The notes beneath the pieces were generated by a model. It was not told the DNA's origin and did no database searches. It worked only from the letters and a program-made list of their open reading frames with translations. From the IMG/VR virus record IMGVR_UViG_3300027734_000042: a stretch of DNA of 64,000 nucleotides; one strand, written 5' to 3'. Position 1 is the stretch's first letter, and each line of letters begins with the position of its first letter. A program made the position numbers and the translations under genes. Positions 12,001-20,304 of this stretch are shown one piece after another. The stretch comes from a virus.

Positions 12001-12879
12001 TTTGATGTGTTTGTCTTAAAGCTTCTCTCTACTGGAAAATTAATTTGGCTTAAGATGTGCGGAGGAGTTTCTGGAACTCTTGCTTTTGATATAGAGAGTG
12101 ATTCAGATGAGAATGTTTATATAACAGGAGCATTCGAAGGTACAGCTTATTTTTCACCCGATACAATTTATTCTAGAGGCGGAGAAGATATCTATTTAAC
12201 TAAATTCAATAAGGATGGTACTATTGTAGATATAGTTACTGCAGGTGGTATAAATTATGATAAAGGAGCGGATCTTGTCTTAGATAAAGAGGAAAATATT
12301 TATCTAACGGGATATTTTGAGGGTGAGGCAGAGTTTTCACCATATTTAGTCCTATCACCTCCCGGAACAAGTCTTGATGCTTTCCTAGGAAAAATACCTA
12401 AAGAGAGATTTAGAAGCGGGCTTAAAATAGGTGCTATCCAATCATGGACAGGATCTCATTCATGGTCATGGAAAGAGGATAGATTTTATGAAAAAGAATT
12501 TGAAATACCTTTAGCTTCTACAATTTTTATTAATCCTATAGACTCTTTAATACCAGGTAAGAAAGATCATATTTGGACATTAACAGATACTGAGAGCGGA
12601 GAGGTAATTGTAAAAATTAGAAAAACCCCTTATTTTATATGGACGTTTACAAGCCCAGGATTCTATACCATAAGTTGTCAATTACAAGATGCTAACGGAA
12701 ATCTATATGATGTAACTCATGATGGTAAAATAAGAGTCATAGATCACAAAGAACCTTTTGCAGGGGATTTAACACCAGATGTAGTTAATCCGGACGATTT
12801 CTTAAAAAGATCAATATACTATGATCGAAAAGAAATGGGGTTTCCCCCATTATCTAAATTCGACATAGGAATGCCTTAA
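6097..12879 (+). CDS. giant baseplate wedge protein (gp7-like) with Reg_prop-type and SBBP-type beta-propeller repeats
   Basis: PYLGSYKSLFNAIKFFGY resembles the gp7/P2-gpI wedge motif; repeats such as NSGIYSDSIYSIELDSLNHKWIGTTDGL and DIESDSDENVYITGAFEGT...DIYLTKFNKDG; 2260 aa. Confidence 0.65.
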   Translation: MTTQNLLFFDKKGDQYNFEWNGDYWEGSVLFPIVSEKLFEVENIFVIEKFLNNLSELKYGFPHADGISPGSPVWRTRWESSFDGKTDVSSIIYTYELGIDSNLDAPVLVKATNVEFYPEVVPGDAIASPSGLVVTSDINSSSMQINIALNSESEGIYDRTLIFEDYSDSNNPVTILKVNFHGEVEGEDSRLSVLLDNFGRSFNVSDSFIVRETDIKEELPNYEIINNKRKELLLTGESIFPYLGSYKSLFNAIKFFGYYDLRIKEYWLNVHVDSADVLTPLQQNSKILNQLGKTNLEGQNSLQLISSLLKDENEGKFKQVEVYGKKSDGTFGLKKQFEEIFPSKSYKKTALFGLFYDINREVEGQDEDKYGYPIVEDAFAFSPEEVLIKLFGLKERLKRDYLPLNARIVDITGEGIYFNIYKTRGWVDQLGIDEIKSGIEVDFTVSPENGYIEDLRPFYTKPNQSGLLYPNINGTELGISFLGNTVDPYSYFQEYPISSIPDLEKGINNFYSEVKNGVLPKFLGDGDYDYPGYKLFSDGSDYVFPAGFPVIIKDNTFDLAWDEVSGGWNSLDTTITTTSLDIASYTSTTQNNPGATLQTVNSTNTITLSNSFPQGITINIGSGNNWFDTATPQVLFIRAESVNSPGNLLLGYSSDGDYNTSTGDLFIQVINTRGSGSYSNWNVTPTNITFNPYTFEYFENYIHSGGFYSWDRLPYLDFYEIEWTISKDDDRPYYFQIRGQLPELDTLPHFLPYSGIYNVQCRVWDTLNSISLGIKKSVINVSKREIELNTITRFRESETYDWDNTILKWDSYPSQWLFPVENTDTVKNISDYIQNFPEYSNNYEEGQTCEVLTHLPEVRSTVTFDMGVTSTSISTIASVAVGGGYSLAVVTTTSNHGLTSGETVWIYNSVGASYGIFPITVLTNNTFEIPQVVITPITGGNVYGSGTVKLIADGLEIASCSFQGDINSTTSLVYSTVNSSPFNPKYKVTSLIDSVTNTGQKTFTLQAPNNSGSIWNSKALVLQTTGSITTSASNILFSGGLNERDEYLSYNFGSLPKPEMKYWGTKKLAWDTFEDFEFAKAYAHTWDMLDYHNDWLGGFNLYSLQYGDRIKITEDSNGIVLGEADSPSNNYLDLSEAASQLNDSIDDNIKRFDYVVRGFSELPNNFYPNQNPISPDLSTNPGPKNIKSDFYSIPTYSPITLYPTSIGWDGDGDIWVTGEDVVKFDGLNFTSYDSSNSVMPGLGLKTNTIKIDRNDIKWIGIDNTMTPLVQLNDIQPTLSKAYSVTDFVDNGGNPVCPPINSSIKVIEINPQTGDIFAAFVSVSSPSYDGLLFYDSHAKSWNLYTTANSDIPSGDIRDLRLEYYGINKWYLWIATDNGLSRFNGVGFKNYDTTNSGIYSDSIYSIELDSLNHKWIGTTDGLVYWDNIRWAVWNNTTNPEISIGKFGNIVETGNSNIWFTIDPSTSPGNTELYFFDGYFFTKVLYRNDGTTLISPCNVLQGKTLLSAPWKTIKNGETTYPKNILLVTDLGEIAKIDYVIPHIHATSKSPGTQGWDFVYYDSSMPLPSIKYIHDGGIGYSQLGFNFIVGPLVDNITLNSDYTRPIMPSVDRYSWSKPNGQRYNINYIKDQFPSLNLDNVFLYAPLRDIISGKATYENYWRNSQIERIAQKKSRDLFQNFEWVITLGNSSPDQGIKVTVDLEGDIITIGDFNGTIFMGEVNNVGTQDIYLTTAEQGVYIAKYNKGGVLQWARAITSTVLQGPIYARSVITDTYSNIYVVSDNSVTGFIEINKYNSDGVLLNAINLPVTPDQFIGDIKVDQYENLFICGSFEGTLTLGDIVLDSPTQGVGYLAKLDSTLTFIWAKKLSSIDASQANELAVLKDGYLYLTGIFDGQLDLGPIILNAASTGDMFIGKFNTGDGTCIWSESFAGTPSTSFNSPSICVDPKGHILVTGSFDGTMEIENTSITSFGGIFDVFVLKLLSTGKLIWLKMCGGVSGTLAFDIESDSDENVYITGAFEGTAYFSPDTIYSRGGEDIYLTKFNKDGTIVDIVTAGGINYDKGADLVLDKEENIYLTGYFEGEAEFSPYLVLSPPGTSLDAFLGKIPKERFRSGLKIGAIQSWTGSHSWSWKEDRFYEKEFEIPLASTIFINPIDSLIPGKKDHIWTLTDTESGEVIVKIRKTPYFIWTFTSPGFYTISCQLQDANGNLYDVTHDGKIRVIDHKEPFAGDLTPDVVNPDDFLKRSIYYDRKEMGFPPLSKFDIGMP

Positions 12880-13547
12880 GTGGTGTATTCCTTATAAACA
12901 TCTAAGATCTCAGGAACAATAGGATGTCTGTGATTTTTCTTTAATGAAATAACTTTAACTCCTGGTATTCTAGCAGCAATAGTATTCATGAAATCTAGTC
13001 CGGATTCTTTTTTGTTTTTTAAATCTATCTGAGAGGTATCTCCACAGATAATAATTTTAGAACCAATACCAAGTCTTCCTAGAACCATCTCCATTTGACT
13101 CATAGTTACGTTCTGTGCCTCGTCGACAATAACACAAGCATTAACTAAAGTTCTTCCTCTCATGAAAGGAAAAGGTAATATTTCTATAATATCTTCGGAT
13201 AGTAATTTTTCAATCTTAGTTTTATCGTAGATCATTTCAAGATTTGAATAGATCGGTGCTAACCACGGATCCATTTTCTCTTTTAAATCCCCAGGTAGAA
13301 ACCCAATATCCTCTTTTGCCACTGTGGGTCTTGTGATTACCAATTTCTCAATTTCCCTGTTAAATAACATGTCTAAAGCTATTTGTACTGCTAATAACGT
13401 TTTACCGGATCCAGCAGCTCCTTTAAGCACATTAACTGGATTTTCCAGAATAATAGCTTTAGCTTCTTTTTGTTCTTCGTTCAGATTGATTTTGAATTTG
13501 ATAGGATTTTTTGGTTTTCTTTTTTGTGTCCAGTTGTTTTCGGTCAT
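12876..13547 (-). CDS. phoH: PhoH-family ATPase
   Basis: GAAGSGKT Walker A, IGFLPGDLKEKMDPW, FMRGRT, IVDEAQN, GDTSQID and RHPIV motifs. Start taken at ATG 13547 (MTENNW); the alternative ATG 13571 lies inside a hairpin. Confidence 0.95.
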   Translation of the reverse strand: MTENNWTQKRKPKNPIKFKINLNEEQKEAKAIILENPVNVLKGAAGSGKTLLAVQIALDMLFNREIEKLVITRPTVAKEDIGFLPGDLKEKMDPWLAPIYSNLEMIYDKTKIEKLLSEDIIEILPFPFMRGRTLVNACVIVDEAQNVTMSQMEMVLGRLGIGSKIIICGDTSQIDLKNKKESGLDFMNTIAARIPGVKVISLKKNHRHPIVPEILDVYKEYTT

Positions 13548-13563
13548 AAGATTCTTTTTTTTC

Positions 13564-13584
13564 GGAAACATATTCCATGTTTCC
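13564..13584. repeat. inverted repeat/hairpin ggaaacat-attcc-atgtttcc
   Basis: Perfect 8-bp stem with a 5-nt loop in the phoH leader. Confidence 0.6.
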
Positions 13585-13628
13585 CAGTTTAATAAATATC
13601 CTGTCTTTTCCTATTGTAATAAATACAG

Positions 13629-13636
13629 GATATATA
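13629..13636 (+). promoter_or_regulatory. putative late promoter (GATATATA)
   Basis: Motif 19 nt upstream of the ATG at 13656, which heads the second structural operon. Confidence 0.6.
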
Positions 13637-13655
13637 TCAAAAAAAGAAAATTCAA

Positions 13656-14573
13656 ATGGCAATCACAATTACAGAAATTCTTGGAACAGATTCTATATCA
13701 GGATCAAGACTAACTATTAATGCTAACTTTTTACTTCTAGAGAACGCTTATAATGATTTAGAGGACACGTTTAATATTAACGTTCTAACCGGATCGATGG
13801 ACGTATCTAGTGCATCTAGTGGACAAATCAAAGCTAAATCGTTACTTGCTAACAGTTTGGTCATGCCTTCTTCAGGTGCACCAACTATACAAGTTTACGG
13901 AACTGGAGCTAGTGCTGGTTTTATGGTAGCTTCTAGCACCGTAGCCGCAGCTACTGGTATCTTCTCTAATACTTTACAGGTTAACTCAATGTCAGCTTCA
14001 GGGGCAGCAACTTTTGGTGCTACTGCTACTTTCTCTAGCCAGTTAAACGTAGAAGGAAGAATGTCAATGGGAGCTTCCGGTAATTTTGTTAATACCAATA
14101 GAAAAGCAACAGTAGGATCCACAACAGCTTTCCCTTCTGCTCCAGGAGCAGGAGTAACTGGGACTTACTCTTCACCTTACCAATTAAATTTAACGGAGAA
14201 TGTTATTTATATACGATCAAATTATGTTTCGGGTGCGCCAGCTGATGCTGGATTTACTACAGGATTTTTCTTTTACGCTACAACAGGCACTGGAGCAACT
14301 GCTTCTGCTATTCCTTCAGGTTATACAGTAACTTTAATTGATACTGCTACTAGTGCAGGATCTATTGTTACAGGAGTTACTGGACCTGCTCCTTATTATT
14401 ATACAGGATTTTCAACAGGTGACGCATCTTATTCTTCGCCTTCTATACAAACTCCTGGAGATCAATACAAATCTTCTATAACTCTTATGTGGGAGCCAAG
14501 AATAGATCAATCAGGAGCTATACAAAAAGGATCTTGGGTGGTTGTTAACTCTACACCAGGCTTTACATTCTAA
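13656..14573 (+). CDS. virion structural/fibre protein with gp9/gp10-like N-terminal anchor
   Basis: N-terminus EILGTDSISGSRLTINANFLLLE resembles the D...KINxNF anchor; S/T/G/A-rich beta-type composition. Confidence 0.6.
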   Translation: MAITITEILGTDSISGSRLTINANFLLLENAYNDLEDTFNINVLTGSMDVSSASSGQIKAKSLLANSLVMPSSGAPTIQVYGTGASAGFMVASSTVAAATGIFSNTLQVNSMSASGAATFGATATFSSQLNVEGRMSMGASGNFVNTNRKATVGSTTAFPSAPGAGVTGTYSSPYQLNLTENVIYIRSNYVSGAPADAGFTTGFFFYATTGTGATASAIPSGYTVTLIDTATSAGSIVTGVTGPAPYYYTGFSTGDASYSSPSIQTPGDQYKSSITLMWEPRIDQSGAIQKGSWVVVNSTPGFTF

Positions 14574-14589
14574 TAAAGAAAATTAAACA

Positions 14590-16773
14590 ATGGCAAAAAC
14601 ACCTTTCATAAGACCTATAGCAGTACAAGGGGGTACATTTTATACCTTCTCCTCTGCTGCAGAGGATCTAACTTTAACTTTTAATAATTCATTAAAGAAG
14701 TTTACTTTCTCTAAGTATGCTCTTTTAAAGTTACCAGAGTTTGGTAGTCCAACTTATGGGGAGAATACTTTACAATTTAATGCCATAGATACAACTTTTA
14801 TTGATGCTGCAGATGGTAACTTTGTTCTATCTAATCCTAATAATTTAAGTCCTTCTCCTGAAATATCATTTCAGAACTATTGTTTAAACTTAGAATCTAC
14901 GATAATCTCCGATCCTAATTATAATCCGGAGTTAAAAAGAAATGTATCCGAAAGGGTATTTTGGAAATGGGTAAAAGAATTAGGAGGGGTTCGTTATAGA
15001 TCAGCAAATACAAATGAAGTTGTTGCATCTTTAAATCAAACTAACACAACAACAGTTGATGGATATCCTTTTTCTAACAAAAGATGGGTAGAGGAAGATA
15101 CATTATTATCAGGTAACGGAACACCTACGCCAAGATATGAAAGAATAGTACAATATGTAGGTGACATAGACGTTGTTAACTCTGTACAGAATCAAGCTAA
15201 TGCTTATTCTGAAGTTTATATACACGTACCAACTTCTGACGGAGCAACACCTTATGTTTTATTTAAAACTATTGCTGACGAGAATTATTACCCAGACAGA
15301 ACTTGGACACACAATCCTCCTGATCCTACAGATACTGAATATATTCAAGGAAGAGACTCAGCAAGCGGTTTATATGGACCTAACGGTCTTCCTAAACTTG
15401 CTATTTTTGATCAGGACGTTTTAGGAGAACCTGGGGTTAGCGGAACTTCTGCTACAGGTTCTTTTAGTAATAACTGGTATTCACCAAGAGACGAAGCTAA
15501 TTCTTACTTTAGTGATCCTTCTTTCTTTGATTCAACTAATTATGAATTAGAAAAATATATCGCTGCTTCAGGTCCTTCTGGATATTCGGTAACTTATAAA
15601 AGAAGTAACCTAGACGGTATTCAAATAGATTTTGAGCCAGGATCATATAAGGCTATCCAAAATTATGTTGGTATATCAACTATAGAAGAGTGGAACGGTA
15701 CACCTACCACTACTTCATTTGATTTTAATGCAGTACTTGTTTATTACAATGTTTACGATCCTAATAACCCTACAGATTATGAAACTAATCTATATGGTAT
15801 TTTATTCTTAAATGATCCTGAACCGGTATCTACAAATGCTGCTAAATTACCTTCATTTAAGAAATTTAAACCTGATCCTATTACTAAACTAAATGGTAAT
15901 TCGTATGGTTTTAAAATAAATCTAAAGTTTGACACTGACGTAGAAAGCACAGGAGTAGAACAGGCTATTAACGACTATTCATCTTTCTCTCTTTCTATAT
16001 TCATGGATGCGGCAACAGTTTTACAAGATGCTGCTAAAAACTTAAACGATAGAACTTTGGAGATTATAAATCTTCAAAATCAGATAAATGCCTTAACCGA
16101 TCTTGTTATTAATACTGAAGATAGCTCAGAAATAAAAGCAAGATTAACAGTGGTTGAAGATTCTTTACAAGCTAACCAGGCTTTATTTGATAACACACAA
16201 GATATTCTAAGTCTAATCGAAAAAAATAGTGACGACATCAGCGATATCTTACAGAATCAAACATCAGTTCAAATGTCTTACAACCTTGATCTTTTAAAAG
16301 ACGGGGACGGTACAGCTGTTGATAGAAATACTCCTAATATTTTAAGAGTAGACGTAACTCAACAAGATTATAATATAGCTCAAAATTCGGTATTTACTAT
16401 AAATCCAGTTGCTGGAAATACTATATCTCTTGTACTTTATACTAATTACTTAAAGCACAAGAACAACGGTATTTCTATTACTGCTAATAATGATATAGTT
16501 ATTAAAATCGATGACAGCTTAAATAAATGGAAAAAAGGACAGGTTCTAAGATTAGTTATAGGTGATGATATAGATCTAGGAAATTATTCACTCGTAGTAT
16601 TAACTGATGCTCTTGGTGTATATCCTAAGGGAACTCCTTCAGGCGTACCATATTCAACTGTAGTTGCTGGGTTTGTTAATTCTCAATTCTCTAGTTCTTC
16701 GTATAAACCTATCTTTGATATAGTTTGTATCGATGATGTCAATTTAACTTTCGAGGTAGACCAAATAAAATAA
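14590..16773 (+). CDS. large virion structural protein with central coiled coil (probable tail/baseplate)
   Basis: 727 aa in the structural operon; N/T/S-rich with a heptad region (LQDAAKNLNDRTLEIINLQNQINALTDL). Confidence 0.55.
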   Translation: MAKTPFIRPIAVQGGTFYTFSSAAEDLTLTFNNSLKKFTFSKYALLKLPEFGSPTYGENTLQFNAIDTTFIDAADGNFVLSNPNNLSPSPEISFQNYCLNLESTIISDPNYNPELKRNVSERVFWKWVKELGGVRYRSANTNEVVASLNQTNTTTVDGYPFSNKRWVEEDTLLSGNGTPTPRYERIVQYVGDIDVVNSVQNQANAYSEVYIHVPTSDGATPYVLFKTIADENYYPDRTWTHNPPDPTDTEYIQGRDSASGLYGPNGLPKLAIFDQDVLGEPGVSGTSATGSFSNNWYSPRDEANSYFSDPSFFDSTNYELEKYIAASGPSGYSVTYKRSNLDGIQIDFEPGSYKAIQNYVGISTIEEWNGTPTTTSFDFNAVLVYYNVYDPNNPTDYETNLYGILFLNDPEPVSTNAAKLPSFKKFKPDPITKLNGNSYGFKINLKFDTDVESTGVEQAINDYSSFSLSIFMDAATVLQDAAKNLNDRTLEIINLQNQINALTDLVINTEDSSEIKARLTVVEDSLQANQALFDNTQDILSLIEKNSDDISDILQNQTSVQMSYNLDLLKDGDGTAVDRNTPNILRVDVTQQDYNIAQNSVFTINPVAGNTISLVLYTNYLKHKNNGISITANNDIVIKIDDSLNKWKKGQVLRLVIGDDIDLGNYSLVVLTDALGVYPKGTPSGVPYSTVVAGFVNSQFSSSSYKPIFDIVCIDDVNLTFEVDQIK

Positions 16774-16779
16774 GATAAA

Positions 16780-19700
16780 ATGTCAGGTACAAAAAATTCA
16801 TTCTCATCATTAATAGCTCAATTTCTAAGAATTCAAAAGAATTCTATGGAGATAGTTAATAAGCTAAATGAGGTAACGACATCTTCTAAAGATTCGGTAG
16901 AGATAGAATTCTTAATGGACGATAACACGTCACAAAACATTCAGGTTCCTTCTTACGGATTTTTAAAATCTGAGATAAATCGCTTAGATCAAAATGTTCA
17001 GGCATTATCTGGTCTAGAGAACAACACAGCAAATATTAGAAAGCCGGACGGTACAGTTGCTAAGATTTATCAAGCAACAGTCCTAAAAGACCCTACCTCC
17101 CCTACAAGCTTACAAGTTCCAGCAACTTTCCAAGCTAGAAATAACTGGTTTTTCGAATCTTTTTTAAATCCTTTACTTTATATCTCTATTGATGTTGAAA
17201 ATCAAATACCTGTTAATTCGGAGAAAGTTTTCGTTAAAAGAATAATTGCAAATACACAATCCACCGTACAAAAACAGTATTTTGATAATAATTTAAAAGG
17301 AAGAAACGATTTAACAGATACTGACTTTATATCAGCTTTACAAAGCCAAGGCATACAATACTTTACTGATGAGCAAATAAATGATTTAGAGCTAAGAACA
17401 ATACGTTATACTGGATCATTCGGGGTTATAAGAATATTTGACGAGGAAACACAAACTACTCAAAATGGTATTACCTCAACAAATACTGTAAGAAAGTATA
17501 AATTAAATGGTTTAAGATATACAGACACGCTATCTAATACAACCAATTCAAGAACTCTTACGAAAGGTGATACTTTAATTACTCCTGGGGGTACTAAGTA
17601 TGAGATTAGTTCAATTGATACTACTTCTCAAACCGTGGTATTAAAAAGATTATTTGGGTTTGATGCTATACAAATAGGGAACAACTCGTTAACAATTTAT
17701 TCTAACGTATTATCTGATAGAGCTGTTGATGTTAATGTTGGGTATGACGAAAGGGAAGCTATTTTTATTAAATCTATTGATGCTAATTTTAATGTAGCTT
17801 CTAGTAGCTATAGTCCGGGAGTTTGCTTCTGGTCTAACGAATTACAGATAAACACATCAGATGGTGTTAAAAATCTAGATTCTTTTTATAAATCTCAGGT
17901 TTCTGATTTTGGTAAAATATTTATAGCTTCTGCAAAAGAAAATGTAATACCAGCAGTTTACGGACAAACACCAAGTGCTCCTTCTGTTTCTGCAACAAAC
18001 TTTAAAGTAATTAAGATTAATTCTCAAATTACAGATTCTAAAGAAAACGTAGAATTTAAGAACAAGATACAAGTTAAGACATCGCTTAAAAATGAGATAG
18101 GATCAATCGATAAAGCCATCGATCAAACTAGAAAACAGCTTAACGAATTAACTACTAAATCTACTGCTAAAACTCCCACTGCCGAGTTTAAAAAACTAAA
18201 TGATAAGTTAGTATCACTGACAAAAGATAAATCGAATAGGACTGATCTTTTGTCTACTACGATCACTGATATCAATAATCTTACTGTAACAACTCCTGAA
18301 TTAACGAGAGCTCCTGTTTATAGAGTTAGAGGATTTTGGCCTATACCTGAACCAATTGTTGATGCTAAAACAGGAGAACAAAATATTGTACAATTTAATG
18401 TTAGATATAGATATCTTTCATTAACTGGTAATTCTAACGGAACAACTCAAATAGATTATATCGACAATGACGGTGTTCAAAAAACTGGTCAATTTACAAA
18501 CTGGACTCAATTTGTATCGGATTTAAGAAAAAAAGTGTATGATCCTAATACAGGTACTTACATTTGGAAAGTGGAGGATGTTAGTGATGCCAATACGGTT
18601 AATATTAACCAATTAGATATACCGATTACAAAAGGAGAAAAAGTAGAGATTCAGGTTCAATCTATTTCTGAAGCTGGATGGCCAACTAATCCTCTAACAT
18701 CTGCATGGTCAACCTCTGCAGTTGTAGAATTCCCTTCTGATTTAAGTGTACAAATTGATAACACCGCTTATATTAGTCAAAACGAATCAGATAAAGCTTT
18801 AGTTCAAATTCAGACGGATCTACAAGCGAAAGGATTAGATCAGCATTTATCTACCTCATTTACTTCAGGAGACAAATACTATGCTCACAATACTTCTGTT
18901 ATAGCATCCGGATTTTTTGATGCTACTGGGACTGCTATAGATCTTTTCCAGAAATTAACTCAGATTGATAATGAATTACAATCATTAAGAGCATTAATTG
19001 CAAAAGCAAAAGGAACTTTAGGAGTTTATATCAGAAGCGGAAGCACAACAAACAAGATAAATCCAGGAAGTACAGTAAATCTTTTTGGAGGATATTACGA
19101 TCAGCTTATAGATTTATCAAATCCTAGTAACCAAGGTAAGATTGCTACTGTTATTTATTACTTAGAACTAAGAAACGAAGCAGCAACTCCTTTAGAGCTT
19201 TCATCTTTGATAGCTGGGGGACAGGCAGTTAAAGCACCTACTACAATTTCGGGATTAGCAGATTACAACAATAACAGAAAATATGGAGATACTCCAATAC
19301 AGTTATCTGGTATAACTAATGCTGCAGTCCCTGTCGGAACACCTGCTACCCCTGGGTCTTTTATACAAGCATCAGGATATCAAAGTGCAAACGCATATTC
19401 ACAATTTATTTATCCAAGATACAAAAGTGTAGGACTTGACGAGGATTTATATTTTAATCCTTTAACAAGTGGTACTGGATGGAATATTTCTGACGGATCT
19501 GCTGTAAGTGGTACTAATTATCCTATAAATGAAGATGGTATTATTATGCCTTTTAACCCCGCAACAACTACTGTTACGGGAGCAGGACCTAATACTAACA
19601 TATGGGCAGGAACTTATACAACATTTACTCCGGATGGTAATGGTAATCTTAACGAATTCTGTATACACATTTCACATCCGGATATAAATGACGCTCTTGG

Positions 19701-20295
19701 TAATACATTTACTACATTAGAAAGACCGAGTGTTACTTCAGGGGGTCCTATGGACTATCCTTCATTTAGACATGCTTTAGGATTTGAAGTTGATTCATCT
19801 ATAACATCTTCTGTTAACACTAGTGGACAGACTCTTTCCACTCAGCAGCTGAAATATTATGCACCAAGCTCTACTAGTTCTTTTGGTGTTGATGATAATG
19901 CCTATCCTAATAAATTAGGATTTATAGATTCTGATGAGTATTTATGCGGTAAATATTCATGTGGATCTTATCTTTTCGTATCGCCTACAGACCATTCTGC
20001 TATACAAATAGAAGGTTCAACACAGCTTGCTAAAAAGACTTTGAATTTCGGACAAGAAAATGCGATTACTGTTCCTTTGATTTTCCAAATGAGAGCTCAA
20101 GATAAACTTGGCTACATTGGGGGATGGAGATCAGCAGGTAATCTTAAGAATATTACTTACAGTAAAAAAGTGGGAATAGATATACAGGTTAAGAATGAAG
20201 ATCTATTTTCATTTGATGTCCTTGTATCAGGAAGTTATACTAAAACATCTTTAGTTTCTCCTGCTTATTCGCAGACTGTAATAACTAACAAGTAA
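16780..20295 (+). CDS. large virion structural protein (probable tail/baseplate)
   Basis: 1171 aa, two coiled-coil segments among beta-rich regions, FN3-like segment (VEIQVQSISEAGWP); operon context. Confidence 0.55.
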   Translation: MSGTKNSFSSLIAQFLRIQKNSMEIVNKLNEVTTSSKDSVEIEFLMDDNTSQNIQVPSYGFLKSEINRLDQNVQALSGLENNTANIRKPDGTVAKIYQATVLKDPTSPTSLQVPATFQARNNWFFESFLNPLLYISIDVENQIPVNSEKVFVKRIIANTQSTVQKQYFDNNLKGRNDLTDTDFISALQSQGIQYFTDEQINDLELRTIRYTGSFGVIRIFDEETQTTQNGITSTNTVRKYKLNGLRYTDTLSNTTNSRTLTKGDTLITPGGTKYEISSIDTTSQTVVLKRLFGFDAIQIGNNSLTIYSNVLSDRAVDVNVGYDEREAIFIKSIDANFNVASSSYSPGVCFWSNELQINTSDGVKNLDSFYKSQVSDFGKIFIASAKENVIPAVYGQTPSAPSVSATNFKVIKINSQITDSKENVEFKNKIQVKTSLKNEIGSIDKAIDQTRKQLNELTTKSTAKTPTAEFKKLNDKLVSLTKDKSNRTDLLSTTITDINNLTVTTPELTRAPVYRVRGFWPIPEPIVDAKTGEQNIVQFNVRYRYLSLTGNSNGTTQIDYIDNDGVQKTGQFTNWTQFVSDLRKKVYDPNTGTYIWKVEDVSDANTVNINQLDIPITKGEKVEIQVQSISEAGWPTNPLTSAWSTSAVVEFPSDLSVQIDNTAYISQNESDKALVQIQTDLQAKGLDQHLSTSFTSGDKYYAHNTSVIASGFFDATGTAIDLFQKLTQIDNELQSLRALIAKAKGTLGVYIRSGSTTNKINPGSTVNLFGGYYDQLIDLSNPSNQGKIATVIYYLELRNEAATPLELSSLIAGGQAVKAPTTISGLADYNNNRKYGDTPIQLSGITNAAVPVGTPATPGSFIQASGYQSANAYSQFIYPRYKSVGLDEDLYFNPLTSGTGWNISDGSAVSGTNYPINEDGIIMPFNPATTTVTGAGPNTNIWAGTYTTFTPDGNGNLNEFCIHISHPDINDALGNTFTTLERPSVTSGGPMDYPSFRHALGFEVDSSITSSVNTSGQTLSTQQLKYYAPSSTSSFGVDDNAYPNKLGFIDSDEYLCGKYSCGSYLFVSPTDHSAIQIEGSTQLAKKTLNFGQENAITVPLIFQMRAQDKLGYIGGWRSAGNLKNITYSKKVGIDIQVKNEDLFSFDVLVSGSYTKTSLVSPAYSQTVITNK

Positions 20296-20304
20296 AATTG
20301 AAAA

